From: Tubiluchus corallicola | Lineage: Eukaryota; Animalia; Priapulida | Direction: 5' to 3' | Length of the DNA stretch: 64,000 nt | Assembly (NCBI GenBank): GCA_030141605.1 | Contig: JAQGDQ010000041.1 | Location: forward strand, 310,001 to 374,000 | Shown: one piece after another, positions 62,485 to 64,000 of the stretch | Numbering within the stretch: the first letter of the stretch is position 1 | Layout: the number at the start of each line of letters is the position of its first letter | Translations under genes and position numbers: made by a program | Notes under the pieces: model-generated | Told to the model about the DNA's origin: nothing | What the model saw: only the letters and a program-made list of their open reading frames with translations | The model's database searches: none

Positions 62485-64000
62485 CGACCCCATATTGAGC
62501 TGATGAAGCCAGAAAACACAGTGATATATATGTTCCTATACTGTTTGTGTAGCACAGTACAGCAACATAGTTTGCATAATGCATCGTTTATGTGTTACTT
62601 GACAACCCTTTCAAGGATTCTATAGTCTGGTTGTTACACTGTTAGTTTTGTTAATGTTTTGTGGCTTCAGTCGCGGCGTGACTCTAATAAGTAAACTCCC
62701 GTTAAAACAAACTTTATGTGAAGCAACCGTTCTGTGAAAATTAATTCGAGTGTTCAACAGTTCATGCGTAGTTCAAAGTTAAGCATTTCCTGCAATGTTT
62801 TATTGGACCTGAAAATCTTCTCGAAGGTTTTTGTTTTATTTAATCACAGAAAATTTCGTGTTATAACAGGACGCTATTAAAATAAATTCACTGTAATAAG
62901 AAAAACAGAAAGTATACACAGTGAAGCTCAACATGCAACTGCACAGCTGAACGTTAAACTATAGTATAAAAAGCAAGGCTATAATTGTTTTTTCAATAAA
63001 ATATCAAAGCCCCCCAAAAAACGAAAAAAAACACGCTTTTCGGTGATTTCACTGATTTGGCAATACAATCCATTTAAAATTACTTAAACTAGTCGCTAAA
63101 TTCATCGACTGGAATAATGAGCTGGAATAATTTGCTGACCAATAATTCAAAAACGGCTGTTCTAGCTGTATGATGTACCAGGTAATTTGTCCTTTATACT
63201 GTCATGAACGTTCTGTTTCTTTTTCTACCATACGATTACACACAACGTTGCATTTAATAATTAAACATGTCAAACCAGGCAAATCCATAGCAGCAGAAAA
63301 TCAATAATTTGTTCCATTATGAATTTAATATTTTATTCTATATTGTACTAGTTAAACAAAGACTGAGCGAAAAATTAGAAAATTGATAGCATGAACAGGT
63401 GTGAAATACAATCTCGTGTACACTAGGCTTCACTAGTTAGAGTTGTGAAGGTCGATGGTAATAGAATTGCAGCTTGCAATTAAGCAGTGATAAAACGAGG
63501 AATTTATTCAGTGTTTGAACAGCGATGTGTACCCAAGATTTTAGAAGAATTACATGATCTATGAGACACCAGACCCAATAAAAAGTACGGAATGTTTCGA
63601 TTTGCTTATTTTATCTCGTTAGAAGATAAGAAACTTCATAAACCTGGTTTCATCTAGAACCACCCTATAGGCTCCGAACGGAGTTTAATTTACAAGTAAT
63701 ATTAATGAGTACGCTCCAAGGATATGCAATTTCTAATAATCTTTTAACTATATTTGAAGCCTAACTCTGATTTTTAACTATAAGGGTGGCGTATCAGTGA
63801 CACACACATGTCTTATAAACAAACAAATTTACGGGTCACGAGGCAAAAAACTGGCTGTAAGCGTAAGCCAAAGTAACCCATCCAGGCAAATAAAACTGAC
63901 AAAACTGGAATGAAGAAACTTTCCAAGAAAAAAAATCAACATTCCAAAATAACATAATTACATAGTGACACTAAGAACGCGCTAAACGGTGACACAAGAT

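Overview
AT-rich, intron-containing animal (invertebrate, probably bilaterian) genomic DNA; not prokaryotic. Exon structures were worked out by hand from GT-AG sites and reading-frame continuity. Left to right: a near-intact APE-type non-LTR retrotransposon (CR1/L2 group, ~0.5-5.1 kb); a repeat-rich spacer with decayed LINEs, MITEs and a 375-bp palindrome; a 7-exon pirin gene (+); a 6-coding-exon DNAAF6/PIH1D3 gene (+) with an RFX X-box upstream; a 2-exon orphan class A GPCR (+); tRNA-Ser(TGA) (-); a 7-EC delta-type protocadherin (-); then ~17 kb with no recognisable gene, holding a perfect 111-bp-arm palindrome. Most worth following up: (1) the LINE's ORF1 and ORF2 are in frame, separated by one TAG, with no ATG ahead of the endonuclease domain; (2) a dispersed foldback-like element built from 15-17-bp TTTGGACACA modules, one copy with a telomere-like core; (3) a predicted 20-nt protocadherin microexon whose frame works only with an alternative donor; (4) three exact TAGATGGCGC (CTCF-like) sites, two converging on the protocadherin 5' end; (5) two long palindromes. 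I see no CRISPR array and cannot demonstrate a wholly new system from sequence alone; all novelty statements are hypotheses needing searches I cannot run.
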